Source: Clostridiales bacterium
Lineage (GTDB): Bacteria > Acidobacteriota > Aminicenantia > Aminicenantales > UBA8522
Direction: 5' to 3'
Assembly: GCA_029907205.1 (NCBI GenBank)
Contig: JARYMI010000010.1
Location: forward strand, 16,097 to 80,096
Length of the DNA: 64,000 bases
Part shown: one piece after another, positions 17,060-25,848 of the stretch
How the letters are laid out: each line of letters starts with the position of its first letter
Numbering within the stretch: position 1 is the stretch's first letter
Notes under the pieces: generated by a model
The model's database searches: none
The model's input: the letters and a program-made list of their open reading frames with translations, nothing else
Told to the model about the DNA's origin: nothing
Program-made: the position numbers and the translations under genes

Positions 17060-17088
17060 TTGAATTTTTTCGGTGTTTCTGCTATTCT
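17060..17088 (+). promoter_or_regulatory. Sigma70-like promoter for rpoZ
   Basis: TTGAAT-N17-TATTCT with TGn extension. Confidence 0.5.
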
Positions 17089-17133
17089 TATCGATCATCA
17101 AACACAGACAGGGAAAAGAGGAGAGCTGATTCT

Positions 17134-17507
<374 letters not shown>

Positions 17508-17511
<4 letters not shown>

Positions 17512-18023
17512 GGCGCGCTCTTCTGTTCGCAGAAAAGCTCGACATAATCTTTCTTAATCAGGTCAGCGCGGGAAAAGCCTAAACACCGGACAAACTTAGC
17601 GATGTCGCTTTTTTCGCCTTCAACCTCCAGGAAGTTGCCCGCTTCTGTCTCGTCGAGGCAGACTTTCAGGCGCCCTTTCCTGTAAACGGTCCTGAATTTT
17701 TGATAGCTGAAGACAGGGAAAAAGCCCAACGACCGAAGAATCTTCCTGAGATGTTTTTCGTTCTTAACCTCTGTCTCGAATTCTTCCCTGACCTTGAACC
17801 GGCGCGACTTCTGAGGAGCTCCCTTGAAGGTCAGAAAAGCCTTGTTCTGCACCTTCCGAAAGCGGAGAGCGCACCTCTTTTGACGGAGCGTCTGGGAAGA
17901 TAAATCGTAAAGCGTGTTCTCTTCAAGGAACCTTTCTTTCTCTATCTTAGCCCCTAACTTGAGCAGAGCAGCCTTCGTCTTTTCCAGGTCATCAAGCCTG
18001 ATTTTGACTTCGATCTCGACCAT
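17508..18023 (-). CDS. CYTH-domain protein (class IV adenylate cyclase family)
   Basis: EIEVK (ExExK), LRFR, LTFKG, REEFE, CLDET, FLEVEG. Confidence 0.88.
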
Positions 18024-18039
18024 TGAACAGGGCGGCTTT

Positions 18040-19053
18040 TTATTTTTCTCGGCTGAGGACGTATTCGGACAGCAAAGCCAGCGCTTCCCGATGGGCTGAG
18101 GCGGGGAATTGAGACAGGGTTTCTTTTGATTTGACCGAAAATTCTTCTGCTTTCTTGAACGTGTATTCTAAGGCGCCGTTTGACTTGACGATCTTGAGGA
18201 TCTCTTCCTTGCCCTCGGCAGCGGACTTCTTGTCGCTGAGCAGACCAATGAGACGCTGCCGGTTGCGGTGGCCGTCCTGGTTGAGCGTGTAGATGAGAGG
18301 CAGCGTGATCCGGCCTTCGCTGAGGTCGGAAAGAATCGGCTTTCCCAGGTCCCGCTCGTTTCCGCTGAAATCAAGGAGGTCATCGATGATCTGAAAAGTC
18401 ATCCCCAAGTTCCGGCCGTAAGCGACGAGCGACCCCTCCTCGTCTGGCGTGGCCCGTCCCAGGATGCCGCCGATCTGACAGGAGGCTGAAAAAAGAGACG
18501 CTGTTTTCTTGCTGATGATCTCGAAATACTCCTGCTCGCCTAATTCCAGGTTGCCGCTCATGGCGTATTCGGTGAGTTCGCCTTCAATCATCTGAGCGGA
18601 AATATCCGTTAGGATGCGAATGACCTGGGGGTGCTCGCTCTCGAGAGAAAGGCCAAGCGTCTTGATGTAGAGATAGTCACCCAGGAGGACCGAGATGTTG
18701 GGACCCCAACGAGCGTGGACAGAATCCCGTCCCCGTCTCACGTCGGCGTTGTCGATGATGTCGTCGTGGATGAGGCTGGCTGTGTGGATGAACTCGACGA
18801 GCGCAGCCGTGAGGATGTGATCACGACCCTGATATCCGAGCAACCTGGCGCAGAGGAGAAGCAGGGCCGGCCTGATTCTTTTCCCATCTTTCTGGAAGAG
18901 GTACGTGCTGATTTCTGAGACAAGGAGATTGGAGGATGACGAAAAGACCTGAAGGCTTTCTTCAACCCTGTCCAGGTCCTCGGAAATGCCCTTGTAAATG
19001 TCCTCGAGGTCTTTCCTTCCGGACAGAGCGGCGGGAGTACTGTTGGAGTTCAA
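18040..19053 (-). CDS. Polyprenyl diphosphate synthase (IspB-like)
   Basis: GKRIRP, HDDIID..RRG, KTASLF, FQIIDDLLD; probable TTG start at 19053 with AAGGAG RBS. Confidence 0.93.
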   Translation of the reverse strand: MNSNSTPAALSGRKDLEDIYKGISEDLDRVEESLQVFSSSSNLLVSEISTYLFQKDGKRIRPALLLLCARLLGYQGRDHILTAALVEFIHTASLIHDDIIDNADVRRGRDSVHARWGPNISVLLGDYLYIKTLGLSLESEHPQVIRILTDISAQMIEGELTEYAMSGNLELGEQEYFEIISKKTASLFSASCQIGGILGRATPDEEGSLVAYGRNLGMTFQIIDDLLDFSGNERDLGKPILSDLSEGRITLPLIYTLNQDGHRNRQRLIGLLSDKKSAAEGKEEILKIVKSNGALEYTFKKAEEFSVKSKETLSQFPASAHREALALLSEYVLSREK

Positions 19054-19081
19054 AAAGCTTACTCCTTGGCCATGGGCTCTT

Positions 19082-19110
19082 ATCTTAACATTGAAGGAGT
19101 CTTTTTTCAA
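19082..19110 (-). promoter_or_regulatory. Sigma70-like promoter for the polyprenyl synthase gene
   Basis: TTGAAA-N17-TAAGAT with TGn. Confidence 0.5.
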
Positions 19111-19382
19111 ACACTAAATAGGCGCTTGAAATTTTTAAGGCGGAGTTCTTTAGCCTGGTGAGGATGAACCCCTGCCGCGGCTGCAACCCATGGATACCGC
19201 TCGCTGAGGCCGAGGACGGTGGGGAGGCTCTGCGGCGTCGTCATCTCCGCCGGGCAGAGAAGGCCGTGGACACCGCCTTCCCAAGCCCGCCGCACGACGT
19301 CTTCCCTGTCCTGGCTGAAATCCTCCATGTCGAGGTGGGCATGGGAATCAGCGATTTTTAATTTTTCCGGCCATGAATCCAT
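19107..19382 (-). pseudogene. tatD: TatD-family hydrolase with large internal in-frame deletion
   Basis: DSHAHLD and AAGVHPHQAK N-terminal motifs joined directly to the C-terminal NFKRLF; 91 aa against roughly 255-265 typical. Confidence 0.8.
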
Positions 19383-19508
19383 GACTGCATTCAGGATGAT
19401 GAAAAATGCCTATTTATTCTATTCTTTCTATATATTTTATAGAAATAGTGGAAAATATATTTTTGGGCCCGAAACCCACAAGGATGCTTTTGGCTTTGGA
19501 GTCCAGGG

Positions 19509-21278
19509 CTATTGGCTCATCTTGGCTTTCAGGTGGCGGATGGGCAGGCCGCCGTGGCTCAGCAGTTTCTGCAAGAATTCTTTCTGGCTGAATGCTTCGC
19601 CTTTGAGCTTCTTGTAGTCTTTCTCCATGTCCCAGATTTCCTGAATGCCGATATACGCATAAGCGGCGTCGCAGGGCTTGAGCAGGATACGGTTCCACTT
19701 CCTTTCCGCTTCGCTCTGGGTTTGGAAGCCGCCCCTGGTCATGTACTGGACAGCCTGCTCCTTGGTCATCCCTCCCTGGTGGATGTTGAGCTCCAAGATG
19801 AAGTCCATGACGGTCTTGAGCTGCAGCTTGAGCTGGTTGAGACGGAGCCTGAGGTCGTAGTTTCCGAACCCGGAGTAGATCAGCATTTCCTCGACATAGA
19901 GGGGCCAGCCCTTGATGAGCGGCATGCTGGGAAACATCCTTCGGATGAGCGAGGGATGCTGCCTGGCGAAATAGAGAGGAACAAACTGCCCTGGAAGGAT
20001 GTTGCGGACGGTCAGGAAGTAGAGGTAGAAGCTGTTCAGTTCTTCGAGAAATGATTCGACCTGATCAGCCGGCCAATGATCCGGGATAGGAGAAATGTCG
20101 ACGACATAGTTTCCTGTTGTTTCGTAAGGCCCGGGGGAAAGAAGGCGAGTCCAGGTAATTCCTCTTTCGGCCGCCGGCATGATGTCGATGGCCAAGGGAG
20201 CCCCCGGAAGCTCGATGAGTTGTTTTTGCTTGATAAAGCTTTTAATCGTCTCAACAGATTTGCCGACCTGGCCGAAAAAATCTTCCTTTGTCGGATGATC
20301 GACTTTGATCTTGTCCAGAACGCCCTGGATGGCGATATTCCAGACCTCGTCCTGGCTCCGCTGCGTCCCGAGCTGGTCGAGGTTAACCTGGGGGTACATG
20401 ATCTTGAAGAAGGGGATGCAGACAAGGAACATCTCCCGCCTGATGTTGTTGTAGTCTGCTTTGGTCCGGGCAACAAGCTCGTCGAACGGAATGCTGTTCT
20501 GGCTCGTCAGCCTCATCATCCGCAGGTGCGCCTGGTCCCCGAGCCTGAAGTTGCCCGTTGACCGGGGAAGGAGCTGGCTCTGGAGGAACGCCTGGTAGTC
20601 CTGCATGGCGGTGATGGCTTTGGCCAGCTCAGCCTGAAACCTGGCTCTCATGTCAGCCGGAGCGTTTTCTGTGAGTTTGGGAAGGTCTTTCTGGTAGAAA
20701 TCGAGAATTCCCGAAAATTGCCGGATAGCCGTTTCTGTGAAGATCTGCGGCGGCGTTTTCAAGTTCTCCTTGGCCTGCTTGATCAGCCCGGGGAGCTGTT
20801 TGGCTCTTTCGGTTGCGCTTTTCATCCTGACGTCCACAGGAGCGAACTCTTTGGCGAGAAGGCTTCGGATGGCGTTGAGGATGATCTCGTTGTAGAAAAT
20901 CGGGTTGTAATCCCAGGGGATGATGTTTTCGTGACGCATGAGCTCCAAGTCGATAGCGTCGATCATCATCTCGAAATCAACCTGCATCTCGGCAGAAAGT
21001 TTAGACTTATCGACTTTCGTCACGAGTTCCTGGCTGAAGGCATCCAGGGCATCGTGGCGTTTTTCGATGGCTTTGCTGCTCAGGTCCTCGAGCTTGTCAT
21101 TATACTTGTGGTAGCCTGCCAAAGTCGCAGCCGTGGGATAGAATTTCCAGAGTTCGTCAAAGTAGCTGTCGACTGTTTTCTGGAATTTTGCTTCTTCCGG
21201 GTTCTGTTGCGAGAGAAGAAAGCCGATACTGAAAAAAGCGAAGAGGAGAACGACAAAGGGGATGAGCCTCTTTCTCAT
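19509..21278 (-). CDS. DUF885 family exported protein
   Basis: Signal peptide; PTAATLAGYHKYNDKLEDLS, ILPGQF, IKGWPLYVE, PCDAAYAYIG. Confidence 0.8.
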   Translation of the reverse strand: MRKRLIPFVVLLFAFFSIGFLLSQQNPEEAKFQKTVDSYFDELWKFYPTAATLAGYHKYNDKLEDLSSKAIEKRHDALDAFSQELVTKVDKSKLSAEMQVDFEMMIDAIDLELMRHENIIPWDYNPIFYNEIILNAIRSLLAKEFAPVDVRMKSATERAKQLPGLIKQAKENLKTPPQIFTETAIRQFSGILDFYQKDLPKLTENAPADMRARFQAELAKAITAMQDYQAFLQSQLLPRSTGNFRLGDQAHLRMMRLTSQNSIPFDELVARTKADYNNIRREMFLVCIPFFKIMYPQVNLDQLGTQRSQDEVWNIAIQGVLDKIKVDHPTKEDFFGQVGKSVETIKSFIKQKQLIELPGAPLAIDIMPAAERGITWTRLLSPGPYETTGNYVVDISPIPDHWPADQVESFLEELNSFYLYFLTVRNILPGQFVPLYFARQHPSLIRRMFPSMPLIKGWPLYVEEMLIYSGFGNYDLRLRLNQLKLQLKTVMDFILELNIHQGGMTKEQAVQYMTRGGFQTQSEAERKWNRILLKPCDAAYAYIGIQEIWDMEKDYKKLKGEAFSQKEFLQKLLSHGGLPIRHLKAKMSQ

Positions 21279-21356
21279 AAAAGCCTCCTTTTCATGACAT
21301 TCCCCGTAGAGAACTCACAGGCCGCCTCTGGTTTATGCCAAGTTTTTTAGTTCCGC

Positions 21357-22358
21357 TTACCATCGAATTACCGCCGAAGCCCAGGTGTAGCCAGAACCGA
21401 ACGCTGTCAACGCGACGATATCCCCTCTCTTGATCCTGCCCTGTTTGATGGCCTCATCGAGGGCGATCGGGATCGATGCGGCTGTCGTGTTGCCGATCCG
21501 GTCGATGTTGCGCATGACCTTTTCGAGAGGCAGACGGAGGCTGTGGGCGACCATCTGGCTGATGCGGTCATTCGCTTGATGCGGAATAAGCAAGCTGATG
21601 TCCTCCACTGTCATCCCGTTGTGCTCGAGGGCCACCCTTACCGCCTCTGGCATTCTCATCGAAGCGTTCTTGAAGACGTTTTTTCCATCCATGCGGGGAA
21701 AAAATTTCTTGGCTCTGGCCAATTCTTCGGTGACGACCGGTTTATCCTTGGGGCTGGGCTTCTCTAACCATAAATCCTCAACATAGCGGCCGTCCGCAAA
21801 GAGGTGAGTGGAGAGGATGCCACGGCCATCATCATTTTCGTTGGGCTCGAGAATAACAGCGCCCGCTCCGTCGCCAAAGAGGACAGCCATGTCCCGGCCT
21901 TCGTCGCTGTAGTCGAGGTTGGTCGACTGGACTTCAGCCGCCACCAGGAGGATTTTCTTGTAGGTGCCCGTCCGGATATACTGGTCAGCCACAGAAATAG
22001 CGTAAATAAAGCCGCAGCACTGGTTCCGGACGTCGAGAGCGCCGATGGGAATGAGCCCGAGCTTGGCCTGGACGATGACGCCGAGGCCAGGGAAATAGTA
22101 GTCTGGAGAAAGCGTGGCTGCGATGATGAAGTCAATTTCAGACTTGTCGATAGAAGCGTCTTCGATGGCTTTAAGGGCTGCTTCATAGGCCAGGTCCGAC
22201 GTCCCTGTGCCGGGCTCGACATGGCGCCTTTCGATAATTCCAGACCTCTGGCGGATCCACTCGTCCGAGGTGGTCATCAGCTTTTCCAGGTCGAAGTTGG
22301 TGACGACCCGGGGAGGGACATAATGTCCGGTTCCGGTGATAACTGTTCTTACACTCAT
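21357..22358 (-). CDS. fabH: 3-oxoacyl-ACP synthase III
   Basis: WIRQRSGI, NQCCGF (catalytic Cys), LFGDGAGA, PHQAN, GNTTAAS. Confidence 0.93.
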   Translation of the reverse strand: MSVRTVITGTGHYVPPRVVTNFDLEKLMTTSDEWIRQRSGIIERRHVEPGTGTSDLAYEAALKAIEDASIDKSEIDFIIAATLSPDYYFPGLGVIVQAKLGLIPIGALDVRNQCCGFIYAISVADQYIRTGTYKKILLVAAEVQSTNLDYSDEGRDMAVLFGDGAGAVILEPNENDDGRGILSTHLFADGRYVEDLWLEKPSPKDKPVVTEELARAKKFFPRMDGKNVFKNASMRMPEAVRVALEHNGMTVEDISLLIPHQANDRISQMVAHSLRLPLEKVMRNIDRIGNTTAASIPIALDEAIKQGRIKRGDIVALTAFGSGYTWASAVIRW

Positions 22359-22493
22359 AGAGAAACCTCTACAATTATAAACAAAGAATTTTTAAAAATA
22401 AAGCCACTTTTTTCGGTCGCACATTCCGGCGCCGGGTTGACTCTTGGGCGTGGCCGCCGTAACATGAATAAACAGAAGACCGGAAAACCTGGA

Positions 22494-22985
22494 ATGAGGA
22501 GATTTCGTTGTTTTGCCTGGCTGCTCATGCTCGCCGCCCTCTGCCCCCTGCTTCTTTTCAGCCAGGAAGATTTTCTTAAAGTCGAAGCCTCGGTTGAGCC
22601 TCGAAGGCTTTCCCGCGGAGAGGAAGGCGCGGTCGTCCTCGAACTCAGGCTCATGGAGGGAATCTCGATCAGCCCCTATCCCGATTTTATCATCGAGTTC
22701 AAACCCTGTCCTGAGCTCGTCTTCCCCAAGAATTTTTTTACAGCTTCGGACCTTGACATTGAGGTTCTGGAAAAGGATGGAGAGAAATACCTGGACTTCA
22801 AGGAGCCCCTCAAGATTCCCTTCACCGTCAGCCTGGAAGCCAAAAGGGGGAGCTACATCCTGGAGGGGAGGATTAAGTATTTTGCCCGCTCCCAGAAAGA
22901 AGGCTGGTGCGTCAAGAACACGGCCAAGTTTTTTGTCACGTTCGCGACGCGCCCCGGCCTGGTCAAGAAAAAGACGGCGGGCTGA
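22494..22985 (+). CDS. Exported DsbD N-terminal-like (Ig-fold) protein
   Basis: Signal peptide, Ig-like pattern, LEGRIKYFARSQKEGWCV; start uncertain (22464 or 22494). Confidence 0.55.
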   Translation: MRRFRCFAWLLMLAALCPLLLFSQEDFLKVEASVEPRRLSRGEEGAVVLELRLMEGISISPYPDFIIEFKPCPELVFPKNFFTASDLDIEVLEKDGEKYLDFKEPLKIPFTVSLEAKRGSYILEGRIKYFARSQKEGWCVKNTAKFFVTFATRPGLVKKKTAG

Positions 22986-22987
22986 CT

Positions 22988-23953
22988 TTATAACCACCCC
23001 TGCTCAACATACCAGTCCAGAGTTTCGTTGAGGCCGGTTTCAAGGTCAAAGCGGGGCTGGAAAGAGAGAAGCTCTCGCGCCTTGCTGACATCGGCGATCC
23101 AGGCCGACTGTTTGAAGTCCAGGTATTTTTGTCGGCTTATGATGCTCGGTTTACTCTTGAACCGGTTGATGAGTTCGGAAAGACTGGCGAAAAAATATAA
23201 AAGAGGCAGCGGAACAATCAGTTTCTTAAGCCTTTTTCCGAGAACACGGCCAGCTGCTTCTCCCATCTCTTCCCACGTGTAAGGCCGGGGATCAGCGATG
23301 TTCAGGATTTCGCCGCTCGGAAGATTCTTCCGGCCGCAGAGAATGAGCGCTTGGATGAGGTCTTTAACATAGCAGAGGCTGATCAGCCTTCTGCCAGGAA
23401 CGGTCGGCAGGATCCCCCGGCTAATCCAGCGGAAGAAGTGGAGGAAATCAGCATCCTGCGGTCCGTAGATGGCGCAGGCCCTGATGATGACCAGAGGAAA
23501 CCTGTCTTTGTAGCGGAGCGCCTCTTCCTCGGCCTGGAGTTTACTCAGGCCGTAATGGGTGACCGGCCGGGCCGGGTCGCTTTCTTTGACGCCTTTGGCG
23601 CTGCGAGACGGGCCCGCGGCAGCCAGGCTGCTGAGACAGACGACTCGCGGCGAGGCTCGTGAGGCTGCAAGCGCCCGGAAAAGACTTGCCGTCCCTTCGA
23701 GGTTTGCAGTATAATAATCCGCTGACGAACGGACCTTGGTTTTGCCGGCGAGATGAAAAACGAGGTCGATTCCGGAAGGAAGCGCAGGGATGGAAAAAAG
23801 GTCTCCGTGGAGGAGATTGATTTTTTTCCCCACCGCCCAGGTTGCTCTTGCCGAATCCCGGATTAGGGCAAAGATCTCCTCTCCCTGGGCCTGCAAAACC
23901 TCGATCAGGTGGCTTCCGATAAAACCGGTTCCGCCGGTCAGAAAAACTTTCAT
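22988..23953 (-). CDS. NAD-dependent epimerase/dehydratase (extended SDR)
   Basis: MKVFLTGGTGFIG, HLAG, SSLAAAGP, YGLSK. Confidence 0.92.
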   Translation of the reverse strand: MKVFLTGGTGFIGSHLIEVLQAQGEEIFALIRDSARATWAVGKKINLLHGDLFSIPALPSGIDLVFHLAGKTKVRSSADYYTANLEGTASLFRALAASRASPRVVCLSSLAAAGPSRSAKGVKESDPARPVTHYGLSKLQAEEEALRYKDRFPLVIIRACAIYGPQDADFLHFFRWISRGILPTVPGRRLISLCYVKDLIQALILCGRKNLPSGEILNIADPRPYTWEEMGEAAGRVLGKRLKKLIVPLPLLYFFASLSELINRFKSKPSIISRQKYLDFKQSAWIADVSKARELLSFQPRFDLETGLNETLDWYVEQGWL

Positions 23954-24037
23954 TTTATCGATTTTATGAAAATCATCGGCTGTGGTCAAACCTCGATTTT
24001 AAGATTGGCCCACAAGCCTTTTCAGGGGAGAGAGGCA

Positions 24038-25837
24038 ATTAAGCACATTCGATGGCTCTGTCTTTTCCTGTTATTGTGGGGCGGGCAAGCTCTCGCCTCT
24101 TCACTCATCCTTCCCTTGGAGCAAATCAAGCCAGGGATGAAGGGCCGGGGGAAGAGTGTTTTTCTGCACAGCACGATCGCTGAGTTTGATGTCGAGATCC
24201 TTGGTCTTATCGAAAATGTCCAGCCCAAGAAAAATGTCATCCTGGCCAAGCTGTCCGGACAGGGGCTCGATGACACGGGCGTCGTCCAGGGGATGAGCGG
24301 CAGTCCTGTTTATGTCGACGGAAAACTTGTGGGCGCCGTTGCTTACTCTTTTGCCTTCGCCAAGGAAGCCATCGCCGGCATCACGCCCATTGAGGAGATG
24401 TTGGCTGTGGCCGGCGAGAAAAGCCAGGCCAGACCACCCCAGGCTCTTTCTCCCCCTTTTCGCAGCCTGCTCACTCTCGAAGACCTCATGGATATCAACC
24501 GGGATCTCTTCTCCTCCCATGCCTCAGTCGTCGCTCAGGGGCAGGCTTTCCATCCCATCGGTGTTCCTCTTGTTTTCGGTGGATTCTCTCCTCAAACTGT
24601 AGAGAAAGCAAAACCGATCTTCTCCCGAATTGGCTTCCAGCCTGTGTCCTTGGGAACAACCGCCCAGGTTTCAGAGAAGGCTTCCGCCCCAGGGATTGCC
24701 CTTCGCGAGGGCGACCCCGTAGCTGTCCAGCTTGTCAGGGGAGATCTCAGTGTGGCTGCGCTGGGAACAGTGACTCATGTGGACGGAAACAAGGTTTTTG
24801 CCTTCGGCCATCCTCTTTACAACCTGGGCATGGTTGATTATGGAATGGCCAAGGCTGACGTCCTCGTTGTTGTCCCGAGCCTTCAGGCTTCTTTCAAGCT
24901 GTCCTCGATCGGCCCGCTGGTCGGCTCGTTCAGCCAGGACAGGGCCGGGGGCGCCTTCGGCGAAGTCGGCAGGATGCCCCATCTCATCCCCCTCAACATC
25001 CGCATCCTGGAAGAAGAGGGACGGCTGAAGACGTTCAACCTGGAGATTGTCGATGACAAGATCTTGAGCCCTCTGTTGGTTAACCTGTCCGTGGCCTCGC
25101 TCCTTTCGAGTGAAGCCCGCTCTCACGGAAATCTTTCGGTCGAGCTCAGCGGCGACCTCTACCTGGACAACGAATCCAACGTTCGTCTGGAGGATCTCTT
25201 TTCGGGAAACTTAGACAGCGCCGTGACCAACGTCTCCGGACTGTTGACAGCGGTTATCTATTATCTCATCAACAACGAATTCCAGGATGTCGGCATCCAT
25301 CGCATCGACCTCAGCGTCAGGCCCATGGAGGAGGCGAAATTTTCCTACCTGGAGAGAGTCTGGCTGGACAAGTATGAAGTCAAGCCCGGGGAAAGGATCA
25401 AAGTGAAAATCTTCTACCGGACCTTTGGCGGGCAGAGCTTCCAGGAGATGGTGGATATCGAAGCTCCACCGCTCCCCGCCGGCTCGGAGTTTAGTCTGGT
25501 CATTGCCGACGCCGCCTCCATGCATCAGCTTGAAATGGCCCAATACCGGAGTCAGGACTTCATGCCCCGGAGCTTGGCGCAGCTCATCCGCATCCTCAAC
25601 AACCTGAGGAAGAATAACCGCATCTACTTCAAGCTGATGACTTCAAAACCCGGCCTCTTCCTGAGGGGTGAGGAACTGCCGAACCTGCCGCCGTCCATGA
25701 AGCTGATGTTTTCTTCGCCCCGGGCCGCGGCCTCGTCTCCCACCGAGCTCACGAGGTCAACTCTGCGTGAGTACCAGCTGCCCATTCCTTATGTTTTCCG
25801 GGGAATGGCCACCATCCCGGTCAAGATCAAAAAATAG
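24038..25837 (+). CDS. SpoIVB/S55 peptidase domain protein, exported; start codon uncertain
   Basis: GVVQGMSGSPVYVDGKLVGAVAY, GITPIEEM, GTVT..FAFGHP; signal peptide KHIRWLCLFLLLWGGQALA. Confidence 0.88.
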   Translation: MKHIRWLCLFLLLWGGQALASSLILPLEQIKPGMKGRGKSVFLHSTIAEFDVEILGLIENVQPKKNVILAKLSGQGLDDTGVVQGMSGSPVYVDGKLVGAVAYSFAFAKEAIAGITPIEEMLAVAGEKSQARPPQALSPPFRSLLTLEDLMDINRDLFSSHASVVAQGQAFHPIGVPLVFGGFSPQTVEKAKPIFSRIGFQPVSLGTTAQVSEKASAPGIALREGDPVAVQLVRGDLSVAALGTVTHVDGNKVFAFGHPLYNLGMVDYGMAKADVLVVVPSLQASFKLSSIGPLVGSFSQDRAGGAFGEVGRMPHLIPLNIRILEEEGRLKTFNLEIVDDKILSPLLVNLSVASLLSSEARSHGNLSVELSGDLYLDNESNVRLEDLFSGNLDSAVTNVSGLLTAVIYYLINNEFQDVGIHRIDLSVRPMEEAKFSYLERVWLDKYEVKPGERIKVKIFYRTFGGQSFQEMVDIEAPPLPAGSEFSLVIADAASMHQLEMAQYRSQDFMPRSLAQLIRILNNLRKNNRIYFKLMTSKPGLFLRGEELPNLPPSMKLMFSSPRAAASSPTELTRSTLREYQLPIPYVFRGMATIPVKIKK

Positions 25838-25848
25838 GAGAAGCAGGG

